DNA of 31,661 nucleotides. Origin: a virus. Lineage: Duplodnaviria > Caudoviricetes. Positions 1-7,265 of this stretch are shown in pieces (the stretch's first letter is position 1; the number at the start of each line of letters is the position of its first letter). The position numbers and the translations under genes were made by a program. Below the pieces are notes generated by a model. The model made no database searches. It was not told where the DNA came from and worked only from the letters and a program-made list of their open reading frames with translations. The stretch covers positions 1-31,661 of the IMG/VR virus record IMGVR_UViG_3300012667_000409; one strand, written 5' to 3'.

Positions 1-549
1 AATTCCTTGGCACTGGTAGCTATCCTTATCTACGCTTGCTAACACGGCTTCCTGACCGTTATAGAGGGCTTCATAGGAGCGTATGGTGACTACATCATCT
101 ACCTCTAAACCGTTGTCAACAACCTTTGCTTTGTACTTGCGTCTTAGATGATTTCTAACTGCAGTCAAATGCACAGGTCTAATGTTGTCTTCTCTGTTGC
201 TTTTATAAGGTGAAGGTAAAGGTAACTTATGTCTGAAGGTTTCTCCACCACCAATATAAATCTCAACATCGTCACACCAAGTTGACTCCATAAGTTTTTC
301 AATGCTCTTGTTTGCAGTACTGATGGCAAATGAAATATCGACAGGATGCTGATGATCTGTAATCTCATAATCTTCTGCTTTAAATTCCATTTGTTTGTTT
401 TCTAGGAACTTCTTGAATTCAGTTCTGGTATCAAACTCTTTTTCTCTACCTGATTTTAAATGCTTTACAATAACTGTACGAGTCTCAGCAGCGGCAGCAT
501 GTTTGTACGCCACTAGATCACCATCGACAATTAAGAGTCTTTTACTCAT
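1..549 (-). CDS. 5'-3' exonuclease, T7 gp6/PIN-like (runs off the window edge)
   Basis: Translated by hand from ATG at 549: MSKRLLIVDGDLVAY...FRHKL...YKSNR...LEVDDVV...SVDKD. These match the DGD, YKxNR, ExDD and DKD motifs of phage 5' nucleases. The start overlaps the upstream stop (ATGA). Confidence 0.88.
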   Translation of the reverse strand, partial: MSKRLLIVDGDLVAYKHAAAAETRTVIVKHLKSGREKEFDTRTEFKKFLENKQMEFKAEDYEITDHQHPVDISFAISTANKSIEKLMESTWCDDVEIYIGGGETFRHKLPLPSPYKSNREDNIRPVHLTAVRNHLRRKYKAKVVDNGLEVDDVVTIRSYEALYNGQEAVLASVDKDSYQCQGI

Positions 550-902
550 AGGCTCTTCTCCTTTATTAGATATACAAACACTTGCAGTCCATGTTGTCTA
601 GCTTGTGTAATCATGTTTGCAGTACCTTTACTCTCACCGTCCCATACAGCAATCAATGCATCTGCATATTCAGCCATCTGTAGGTTACGTAATGGTCCAG
701 CACGTTTACCATACTTGTTCCAATCTGCAGGAAATCTCTGAATTGAAATACCGTTATCTTTGGCAAAGAGTTCACCAAGATAGTCTACACCTTTGGCAGC
801 ACCTGAAACGATTTCTGTAGCTTGAAAACCAGATTTGTGGTATGCAGTTTTTACAACATTGTAATCTGTGATATTTCTACCACCAGCAATAATAACCTTC
901 AT
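546..902 (-). CDS. SLOG-superfamily YspA/DUF2493-like protein
   Basis: IIAGGR...IVSGAAKGVD...FPADWNKYGKRAGPLRNLQM...WDGESKGT motifs. Confidence 0.85.
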   Translation of the reverse strand: MKVIIAGGRNITDYNVVKTAYHKSGFQATEIVSGAAKGVDYLGELFAKDNGISIQRFPADWNKYGKRAGPLRNLQMAEYADALIAVWDGESKGTANMITQARQHGLQVFVYLIKEKSL

Positions 903-913
903 AGGCTCTCCTT

Positions 914-944
914 AAAGAAAAACCCGAGGGTATTAGCCTCGGGT
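914..944 (-). terminator. Rho-independent terminator
   Basis: Stem ACCCGAGG/CCTCGGGT (922-929/937-944) followed by a U-rich tract on the minus strand. Confidence 0.75.
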
Positions 945-950
945 AAAATA

Positions 951-1169
951 TTAGCTTCGGCTAATGTCGATAGCTTTCAGAATTTCATCTGACTTAGCTT
1001 TCAGTTCATCAACCTTATTTTTAACAATTGCTTTTGCTACTGCACTAACGATTGCTGGATCAAGACCTGATTCTTTAGCTTCATCCTTGATCTCCTTAGC
1101 TTCTTCAGCAAGTGATTGCTCTTGAGTATAAATACGAACTAGTTTTGAGATTGCTTCTTTCTGATTCAT
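951..1169 (-). CDS. GapR/T4 DsbA-like small DNA-binding protein
   Basis: 72-aa helical protein with the EEAKEIKDEAKESGLD pattern typical of DUF2312/DsbA-like proteins. Confidence 0.6.
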   Translation of the reverse strand: MNQKEAISKLVRIYTQEQSLAEEAKEIKDEAKESGLDPAIVSAVAKAIVKNKVDELKAKSDEILKAIDISRS

Positions 1170-1170
1170 A

Positions 1171-1380
1171 TTATACCTTTTTATTGATGATTGCTTTACT
1201 GAATACAGTTAAGTTCAATAGAACCACTGCTGCCCATTGATAGAAACCAAATGGAATTGCAAGTACTGGAAATAGTGTATTGAGTGACCAAATAATAGCA
1301 AGTGGTCCAAATACAATTAGTAGTACAGCAAATACCAACAATGTGATGATTGTGATGATATCTGTAGTTTGTTTAGTCAT
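1171..1380 (-). CDS. small membrane protein
   Basis: Two hydrophobic segments; tightly packed with neighbours. Confidence 0.75.
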   Translation of the reverse strand: MTKQTTDIITIITLLVFAVLLIVFGPLAIIWSLNTLFPVLAIPFGFYQWAAVVLLNLTVFSKAIINKKV

Positions 1381-1383
1381 TAA

Positions 1384-1560
1384 TTAATCCTCTGGTAATT
1401 CAAAATAATCTGAAATAACAAGATTTACATCTGCTAGTTCGTCTACGAAAAGTTTATCTGTCAAATAATTTCCTTGGCTATCCCTACCACACAGGGTAAG
1501 GATATAACCATTAGAAATTCTTTCAATAGATAAATCAGAATTTCTAGTTTTTAACTTCAT
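1384..1560 (-). CDS. hypothetical protein (58 aa)
   Basis: Read by hand: MKLKTRNSDLSIERISNGYILTL...ELPED*; fills the gap between SSB and the next gene. Confidence 0.7.
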   Translation of the reverse strand: MKLKTRNSDLSIERISNGYILTLCGRDSQGNYLTDKLFVDELADVNLVISDYFELPED

Positions 1561-1562
1561 GA

Positions 1563-2204
1563 TTAGAAGGGAATATCTTCTTCATCTTCAGCAGCAACTT
1601 CAACCTTAGCACGAGCTTTTGGCTTTGCTTCAGCTTTAGGAGCAGCTTTTGGAGCTTCTGCTTTTGGTTCATCATCAAACTCACTACCAGCTTCATAAGC
1701 AGCAGTTTCATCTGGTACATATTCAATCATGTCAGTGACTAGAACGTTCTTCAAGTACAGTGAAGTAGTACCATTGGTGCGTTCAAACTTATCAATACTG
1801 ATTGAACCGTAAGAACCATTTGCAGGTAACTTGCTATTGGTAACATCCACTAGAGCTTTACCAACTTTTTCAAACACTTTTGGTTTGTATAGATCAGGTA
1901 CAGGCTTACCAGTTTTACCTAGCTCTGTGCTCTTGCGTAGAGTAACTACCCAAATGTTTTTACCTGCATCCTCTGGAGGTGCTACTTTATAAGTTGCTTC
2001 AAATTCAGCGGTCTTGACTTTCTTGATTGAAGTCTTGGCATCAATATTCTTAGCGAACTCTTCGTATTGATCTAGAATATCTTCATCTGTAATTGCTACA
2101 GAAGCTTTCCATTCATCTGGCTTTGCTGGCTCTCCTGCTTTAACGTAAGCTTTTTGGGGCTTGTTTAGTGACACATAGAGAAGCATACCTGTTAGTTTTT
2201 GCAT
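1563..2204 (-). CDS. single-stranded DNA-binding protein (T7 gp2.5-like)
   Basis: Ala/Lys/Pro linker and acidic C-terminal tail EDEEDIPF; lies in the replication module. Confidence 0.75.
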   Translation of the reverse strand: MQKLTGMLLYVSLNKPQKAYVKAGEPAKPDEWKASVAITDEDILDQYEEFAKNIDAKTSIKKVKTAEFEATYKVAPPEDAGKNIWVVTLRKSTELGKTGKPVPDLYKPKVFEKVGKALVDVTNSKLPANGSYGSISIDKFERTNGTTSLYLKNVLVTDMIEYVPDETAAYEAGSEFDDEPKAEAPKAAPKAEAKPKARAKVEVAAEDEEDIPF

Positions 2205-2267
2205 AATATTTCCTTTCGACTATTAATAAAAGACTCTACTTGTAACGGAAGTAGTAACCGAAGTGCA

Positions 2268-2296
2268 ATTATATCAAACTGCAAATGCTTTGTCAA
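2268..2296 (-). promoter_or_regulatory. sigma70 promoter for SSB and downstream genes
   Basis: TTGACA-N17-TATAAT, perfect consensus. Confidence 0.85.
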
Positions 2297-2315
2297 TAGT
2301 TATTTGACTTTATTT

Positions 2316-2390
2316 TGGTGGGTCAGACTGGACTTGAACCAGCACTATCTCGATTATGAGTCGAGGGCTTCACCTTTAAGCTACCGACCC
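2316..2390 (-). tRNA. tRNA with CAU anticodon (Ile2-like; Met not excluded)
   Basis: Cloverleaf GGGTCGG...CTCGA-CTCATAA-TCGAG...GCTGGTTCAAGTCCAGT...ACCA. The anticodon and T arms resemble bacterial tRNA-Ile2. Confidence 0.9.
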
Positions 2391-2702
2391 TTATTCGTAA
2401 ACTGTAACTGTTTTTTGTTTTGGTGCTACAAAAGCAAAACCTTGGTAGTCTGAACCATAGTGCGATGCATAATAACCGTAGAATTTAACAAAGCATTGTT
2501 CACCATCTTTGCTAAACTTCCATACGGTCCAGTAATCAGAACCTTGGTCTTCACCACCATATTGATCAACTACTTCATAAACAATTAGTTGATTATCTAA
2601 TGCTGTTTCAGTAACATCATCACAATATTCTTGCATCATGCATTTTAAGGAACGTTCGTTTAATTCCTCAAATACGATCTCTAAAGTTTCTTTAAGACTC
2701 AT
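2391..2702 (-). CDS. GGEDQG-motif protein, paralogue 2 (103 aa)
   Basis: Probable start is MSLKETL at 2702 (GGAG RBS upstream). Motif DQYGGEDQGSDYWTVWKF...FVKFYGYYASH. Confidence 0.85.
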   Translation of the reverse strand: MSLKETLEIVFEELNERSLKCMMQEYCDDVTETALDNQLIVYEVVDQYGGEDQGSDYWTVWKFSKDGEQCFVKFYGYYASHYGSDYQGFAFVAPKQKTVTVYE

Positions 2703-2712
2703 ATAGCACTCC

Positions 2713-3069
2713 TTATTTCTTTTCAAACACAGTGATTGTTTTTTCTGCAGCTTGTACTTCGTAGAACTCTTCAAAAGTTGAACCATCGTAAGATGCATAC
2801 CAACCATCAAACTTGATGAATACCACTTCGTTTCCATTGGTAAATGAATACACACTCCAGTAGTCAGTACCTTGATCTTCACCACCGTAGCTATCTTCTA
2901 GTTTAAAGTTGATATTAGCTTCAGTGAGTTGACGTTTGAAGTCTACTACATTATCTTCATCCCATGTATATGGTTTATCCATAACATCACCACCGTGAAA
3001 AGCATCTTTAACATCTTCATCAACTCCTACAAACATGGTGCTGATTTTATCAATTAAACGTTCAGTCAT
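2713..3069 (-). CDS. GGEDQG-motif protein, paralogue 1
   Basis: DSYGGEDQGTDYWSVYSF...FIKFDGWYASY; AAGGAG RBS. Confidence 0.85.
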   Translation of the reverse strand: MTERLIDKISTMFVGVDEDVKDAFHGGDVMDKPYTWDEDNVVDFKRQLTEANINFKLEDSYGGEDQGTDYWSVYSFTNGNEVVFIKFDGWYASYDGSTFEEFYEVQAAEKTITVFEKK

Positions 3070-3070
3070 A

Positions 3071-3883
3071 TTACTCCTTTAGTAAAATTTGTTTAACATT
3101 CTCAAACTTAGCAGCATCAAACATATCCAAGACTTCTGTATAGTTGTCAATTGCATAGTCACGAAACCAACCTGAACACAGTGTAGTACAAATCTTGTTG
3201 ACCGACTTGTAAAACGCTAGTTTAGCTGGAGCTTCCCAATCGGTAGGTACTAAAAACCTTTCGGTTGAGATAACATAAGCTTCTTCTGCAATGCATCTAA
3301 GTTTGTCTGCATGGCTTAGATTGTACCACAGATTTTTATCACACCACGCTAACTTTGAATCTTTTTGTAGTTTTTTATACAAAGGCTGTTCGTGATAAGC
3401 AAACAACTCATGTAAGTAATCATGATTGTACTTCTTAGTTACTGCATCATCAAAGAAATCTTCTACTGTTTGCATCAAGTTCGGATTACCTTGTGGATAA
3501 GCCGACATTGTAAGCTTAATGCGCTTATTGAGTACAGCTTCATCTTTATCAGTAAAGAATGCACGATATGACTTCAAATGCACATTGTATTGTGTCATAT
3601 GCTTTTCAAACTTACGATCACGCCATAGGTGACTGCGCTTTACAATTGCAAGACCAATCGGGTTAACTACATAGACTCTTTGACCTCCAATTGTAATGTA
3701 GTGCGTACTAGCATAATTCAATAGATCATAGTTACCAATTGTATCGAACGTATGATTTTCAATACGCAAGGCACGATCTTGAATTTTATGTTCGCTAATA
3801 ATGTCCCAATCTGAATCAGGTCTTACTTTAAAAGTAGCACTCCAGTATTGCAATGCTTGTGAACCAATCAGTAGATTTTTCAT
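3071..3883 (-). CDS. putative Pol-beta-superfamily nucleotidyltransferase
   Basis: N-terminal hhGS...DxD motif (LLIGSQAL...DSDWDII), C-terminal helical region with HDYLHE; TAAGGAG RBS. Confidence 0.65.
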   Translation of the reverse strand: MKNLLIGSQALQYWSATFKVRPDSDWDIISEHKIQDRALRIENHTFDTIGNYDLLNYASTHYITIGGQRVYVVNPIGLAIVKRSHLWRDRKFEKHMTQYNVHLKSYRAFFTDKDEAVLNKRIKLTMSAYPQGNPNLMQTVEDFFDDAVTKKYNHDYLHELFAYHEQPLYKKLQKDSKLAWCDKNLWYNLSHADKLRCIAEEAYVISTERFLVPTDWEAPAKLAFYKSVNKICTTLCSGWFRDYAIDNYTEVLDMFDAAKFENVKQILLKE

Positions 3884-3895
3884 GTTTACTCCTTA

Positions 3896-4024
3896 GTTAT
3901 AGTTCAGTATATTCCGTATCTTAGTTTTAGTCAACTGTCTAGGCGCAAACAGGCCACCGTCCAACTTTAACCCAAATAGTAAACCACGTTCGTTTACCCA
4001 ACCTGAAATATACTGAACTATAAC
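3896..4024 (-). ncRNA. structured element closed by a perfect 18-bp inverted repeat
   Basis: GTTATAGTTCAGTATATT (3896-3913) is the exact reverse complement of 4007-4024. Internal hairpins: GTAAAC/GTTTAC and CTGTTTG/TAGACAG. Confidence 0.55.
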
Positions 4025-4074
4025 CACCTTCCCTAAAAGGTATTATAGTGTCTTGTTACATCCGGACGACAATC

Positions 4075-4215
4075 CTTTGGTCTAAGAAATCCGAATGCGA
4101 AGTCCACCATCACTCGCATCTTTTTCCAATTCCCATCACTAGGGAGGTTGATAGGGCTTGCACCTACCTCGGGTTGTACTCACTTCTAGGGATATGAAGC
4201 TTGCAGGGAACCGGG
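4075..4215 (-). ncRNA. putative structured RNA within the tRNA operon
   Basis: Minus-strand stems CCGGTTCCC/GGGAATTGG, GCTTC/GAAGT, GAGGT/ACCTC (enclosing T-arm-like TAGG-TGCAAGC-CCTA) and ATGCGA/TCGCAT; no credible ORF. Confidence 0.45.
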
Positions 4216-4225
4216 ACTAATTTTA

Positions 4226-4309
4226 TGGTGTACGTTGTAAGATTCGAACTTACATCTCAAGGTTTTCACACCTCATGTCATATTTCCCTAACATTTAGAC
4301 CAAACGTAC
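4226..4309 (-). tRNA. non-canonical tRNA (Phe-GAA-like; 8-nt anticodon loop, enlarged D-loop)
   Basis: Acceptor GTACGTT/AACGTAC+ACCA, T arm GTAAG-TTCGAAT-CTTAC, anticodon arm TGAGG-TGTGAAAA-CCTTG. Confidence 0.7.
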
Positions 4310-4314
4310 ATATC

Positions 4315-4404
4315 TGGTGGACAAAAGGAGAATTGAACTCCTGTCTTCCTCCTATGCTATTAGGAAGTTTCACATCAGCATCAGATGATTAACCCATCTT
4401 GTCC
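4315..4404 (-). tRNA. tRNA-like RNA, undetermined anticodon
   Basis: Acceptor GGACAAG/TTTGTCC+ACCA and T arm AGGAG-TTCAATT-CTCCT are intact. The D region is non-canonical and the anticodon arm is CTTCCTA-ATAGCA-TAGGAGG. Confidence 0.65.
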
Positions 4405-4409
4405 ATATT

Positions 4410-4486
4410 TGGTGCGAGTGGAGGGATTCGAACCCCCGACCAATGGTGTAGAAGACCAGTGCTCTATCCAACTGAGCTACACTCGC
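4410..4486 (-). tRNA. tRNA-Arg(UCU)
   Basis: Canonical cloverleaf GCGAGTGTAGCTCAGTTGGATAGAGCA...CTTCTAC...GGTTCGAATCC...ACCA. Confidence 0.95.
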
Positions 4487-4495
4487 TTAACCTCA

Positions 4496-4525
4496 ATTAT
4501 ACATCAGTTTCCAACTTTGTGTCAA
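4496..4525 (-). promoter_or_regulatory. sigma70 promoter of the tRNA/NTase operon
   Basis: TTGACA-N18-TATAAT ending about 10 nt upstream of tRNA-Arg. Confidence 0.8.
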
Positions 4526-4670
4526 TACTTCGCAAAATATTTTCTTTGATGTTCAAATTAGCTAACTTGTTCAGGTCAGACTTAGGCATCTGCATACAAG
4601 CTCTGAGCATACCATCTTTATATTGTTCTAAAGTGTGATGCTCTTTATTGTACTTATAAATGTAACTCAT
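4497..4670 (-). CDS. hypothetical protein (57 aa)
   Basis: MSYIYKYNKEHH..., GGAGG RBS upstream. Confidence 0.65.
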   Translation of the reverse strand: MSYIYKYNKEHHTLEQYKDGMLRACMQMPKSDLNKLANLNIKENILRSIDTKLETDV

Positions 4671-4848
4671 AGTTCCAACCTCCAATTTCGTGTGTTTTAA
4701 AAGTAGCTTTTGACATGCTAATCACATGTTCAGGTAACTTCTTATGAGTACCAGCAAACCACTCGTCTTCAAAGCAGCATAGCATCTTGGCAAGATCATG
4801 CTCATAAATTGCATCATACACCCAAAATGGTAAAGCACCCCAACTCAC
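4654..4848 (-). CDS. hypothetical protein
   Basis: GTG start overlapping the upstream stop; GGAG RBS. Confidence 0.65.
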   Translation of the reverse strand: MSWGALPFWVYDAIYEHDLAKMLCCFEDEWFAGTHKKLPEHVISMSKATFKTHEIGGWNYELHL

Positions 4849-5018
4849 GATTGTACTCCAAAATATTCCTTGAGAATTTTACGAATGTCTCTAGCGTAAT
4901 ATTTAGCTACAGAATCGGCTACACCAGCATACTCAAAACGATTAGCTAAAAACTCCAGCATTTCTTTTGGATTAGTAGCTACAGGATCATTACACCCACA
5001 ATCACAATCTTCGTTCAT
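4845..5018 (-). CDS. hypothetical protein (57 aa)
   Basis: Read by hand: MNEDCDCGCNDP...KILKEYFGVQS*. Confidence 0.65.
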   Translation of the reverse strand: MNEDCDCGCNDPVATNPKEMLEFLANRFEYAGVADSVAKYYARDIRKILKEYFGVQS

Positions 5019-5019
5019 G

Positions 5020-7206
5020 TTAAACCTTTCTAATAACTAGCTTTTCAGCTTCATTCACATAGTAGTCCAAGTCAACATCATAACCGAAATCAGCAATGTT
5101 GTTGCAGGTCTTTACATTCCAAGATGTATCAATACCTAATCTACGATCTGACTTATCTTCACTGTCCTCCAATGCTGGCATCAACTTGATCAGCTTACCA
5201 CCAGTCTTACAAGGGTAGTACCTGCAGATGTTCTGTTGTTGCTCTACACGACCATCTTCAAATTCTAGCACAAGCTTTGAACTGCGAGGAACTTTTGTGC
5301 GTAGCATAAAGTCAAAGAGATGACCTTGATCAAGTCGCTCTTGAATGAACTCACGTACATCCTTGCCATGCAGCATAGCAGCTTCTGCAGCCATTGGAAT
5401 CACCAGACCACCTTGGTTTTGATGCCATCCCAAATCTTCATACTGGTATGCACCTTTACGCTTTGTCTTACCATTTGTGTACACAGCAATGTAGTTGTTA
5501 ACATCACGAATGTACATGTTCTGATAATCCACGAATTCCAAATCAAGCTTTACATCCTTTTGCCACTGAGTGCAAATTGCATTGTACTGCTCTTCAGTAT
5601 CTCGTGTCATAGCTACAGTCAAACCGTCTGTATTTAGCTGCACAAGTTTAAGCTTTGGAATCTGCAACAAACGATCTGCAAGCATCAACAAAGATAGTTG
5701 ACCATTGATAGTAATTGACATTGTAAACTTCGGATCATAGAACACAGAGTATTTATCATTGCTCTTACCATATGTACCATTCAGTGCAAGTTTAAGCATT
5801 GCGTTTTCTGCAGTGTTCTTTGCATATGACTTGCGTTGCTCATACATATCTTTATAAATAACGCAGAACTCTTCACCAAGATGCTCAGGGTAAATCTTAT
5901 TTGAGATAGCGATGTTTGGATACATTGAACTAACGTCAGCATCACGAACCATGTAGGTTTTACCAGCACTGACAATCTTTTCAGTCAATGATGCATGTAC
6001 ACCACCTACACCAAAATCAATGCGATAACCGTCTACAAGAACGTTTAGTGTCTCAGCAATACGGTAGCATCCCCAATAGGATTTCTTGGGCACTCTGACC
6101 TTCTTAGGCTTCTTACTGAGGTCTGGACAACCATCTGCATCCAATACATGTTCAGTCACATGCTCACCGTTTGCATCAAACAGATATTCTGTAGCTTTGA
6201 GTTCTTCAACTTCAATCCAACCCATAGGATGCTGATTCTTGAAGTCATCAGTATCTCGCTCAGTTGGCACACCCTTGAACTTCTTGCGCTTTACAGTAAG
6301 CTCTGCATACTTTGCAACCTCACCAAGATTGTGCTCTTCAATATCTGAAAACACACCTTTAGTCTCAGTGATAACCTGCTTAGAAAACCAGTCATAAACA
6401 GCTTGGAATTCTGGACGATCAAACTTGTAGTACTTGAACAAACAGTCTTTAATTGCGATCTTGTCTCGCTTGGTTTGCATCATGACTTTCTTACCGTCTT
6501 TGAACTTATGCAGCTTAACACCTGAATCCTCAAGCTTCATTTGAAAGTATTCAGCACCAATCTTTGTATCGTCTGCATTGGTAAAGTCACGACCAAGCTT
6601 AATACTCAGATTATCTCTGAATTCAATTTGTGTAAGAGATTTCAGATAGAACGCAAGTGTACATCGCACATCATGCATGTTGTAGGTTTTCAGCTTGTCG
6701 ATTTCAGCATCTGTCAATTCAGCATCTACAGCGTAAGGCAAGTCTTCGATGTTGTCCATACGCATGTTGAATTCCAGCATCTTTAGACCAGTGGCTTTCG
6801 CCTTATTGTTAAAGTGATGAATGCGATATAAGTCAACTTGTGGGATAACCTGTTCATCAGTTTTGATACTGTGACCGAAACCGTTATCTTTGAAAGAGTC
6901 AATCTGCTTTTGTGCAAGCTTGTGTACAGCAGCAGCAACTTGCTTACCACTCTTAGCTTCCCAAGACCTACGATTAGTCAGTACTTCATGCAGGATCGGA
7001 TAGTCGAACCCTACGTTGTTAAAGCCTACCAAACGACCTACAGTAGCTTCAATGTGATCTACACAAGCGTAGATACGACCAAGTTCATTTGTGCGCTCAG
7101 AAACCTCAAATACTCGTGCAAACTTACCATCTGCACGAATGACAGCAAACGTAAACGCTGACTTGTACGTTTCAATGTCATAAATCCAGTCTCTTGTCAA
7201 ATCCAT
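5020..7206 (-). CDS. family B DNA polymerase with 3'-5' exonuclease
   Basis: Exo I YDIET, Exo II FNNVGFD, Exo III YNMHD; polymerase motifs DVSSMYP, KLALNGTYG, NTDG. Confidence 0.93.
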   Translation of the reverse strand: MDLTRDWIYDIETYKSAFTFAVIRADGKFARVFEVSERTNELGRIYACVDHIEATVGRLVGFNNVGFDYPILHEVLTNRRSWEAKSGKQVAAAVHKLAQKQIDSFKDNGFGHSIKTDEQVIPQVDLYRIHHFNNKAKATGLKMLEFNMRMDNIEDLPYAVDAELTDAEIDKLKTYNMHDVRCTLAFYLKSLTQIEFRDNLSIKLGRDFTNADDTKIGAEYFQMKLEDSGVKLHKFKDGKKVMMQTKRDKIAIKDCLFKYYKFDRPEFQAVYDWFSKQVITETKGVFSDIEEHNLGEVAKYAELTVKRKKFKGVPTERDTDDFKNQHPMGWIEVEELKATEYLFDANGEHVTEHVLDADGCPDLSKKPKKVRVPKKSYWGCYRIAETLNVLVDGYRIDFGVGGVHASLTEKIVSAGKTYMVRDADVSSMYPNIAISNKIYPEHLGEEFCVIYKDMYEQRKSYAKNTAENAMLKLALNGTYGKSNDKYSVFYDPKFTMSITINGQLSLLMLADRLLQIPKLKLVQLNTDGLTVAMTRDTEEQYNAICTQWQKDVKLDLEFVDYQNMYIRDVNNYIAVYTNGKTKRKGAYQYEDLGWHQNQGGLVIPMAAEAAMLHGKDVREFIQERLDQGHLFDFMLRTKVPRSSKLVLEFEDGRVEQQQNICRYYPCKTGGKLIKLMPALEDSEDKSDRRLGIDTSWNVKTCNNIADFGYDVDLDYYVNEAEKLVIRKV

Positions 7207-7221
7207 TTGTACTTCTCCAAT

Positions 7222-7263
7222 AAAGAAAACCTAGAGTCTATCACAACTCTAGGTCTACGTCAA
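7222..7263 (-). promoter_or_regulatory. overlapping terminator hairpin and sigma70 promoter upstream of the polymerase
   Basis: TTGACG-N17-TAGACT (7263-7235) overlies hairpin ACCTAGAGT/ACTCTAGGT followed by TTTCTTT. Confidence 0.6.
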
Positions 7264-7265
7264 GC

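Noticed and set aside
2703-2885. N-terminal extension of ORF 2391..2885
   Set aside because: Overlaps 2713..3069 out of frame; a good RBS and ATG sit at 2702
3896-4024. Bona fide retron or MITE
   Set aside because: No reverse transcriptase or transposase in the window and no target-site duplication seen; kept only as a structured element
4315-4404. tmRNA
   Set aside because: The 3' end resembles a tmRNA tRNA-like domain, but there is no G3-U70 pair, tag ORF or pseudoknot region, and it is only 90 nt
4201-4638. Plus-strand ORFs 4201..4392 and 4399..4638 (and 2199..2453)
   Set aside because: They are antisense shadows of tRNA genes
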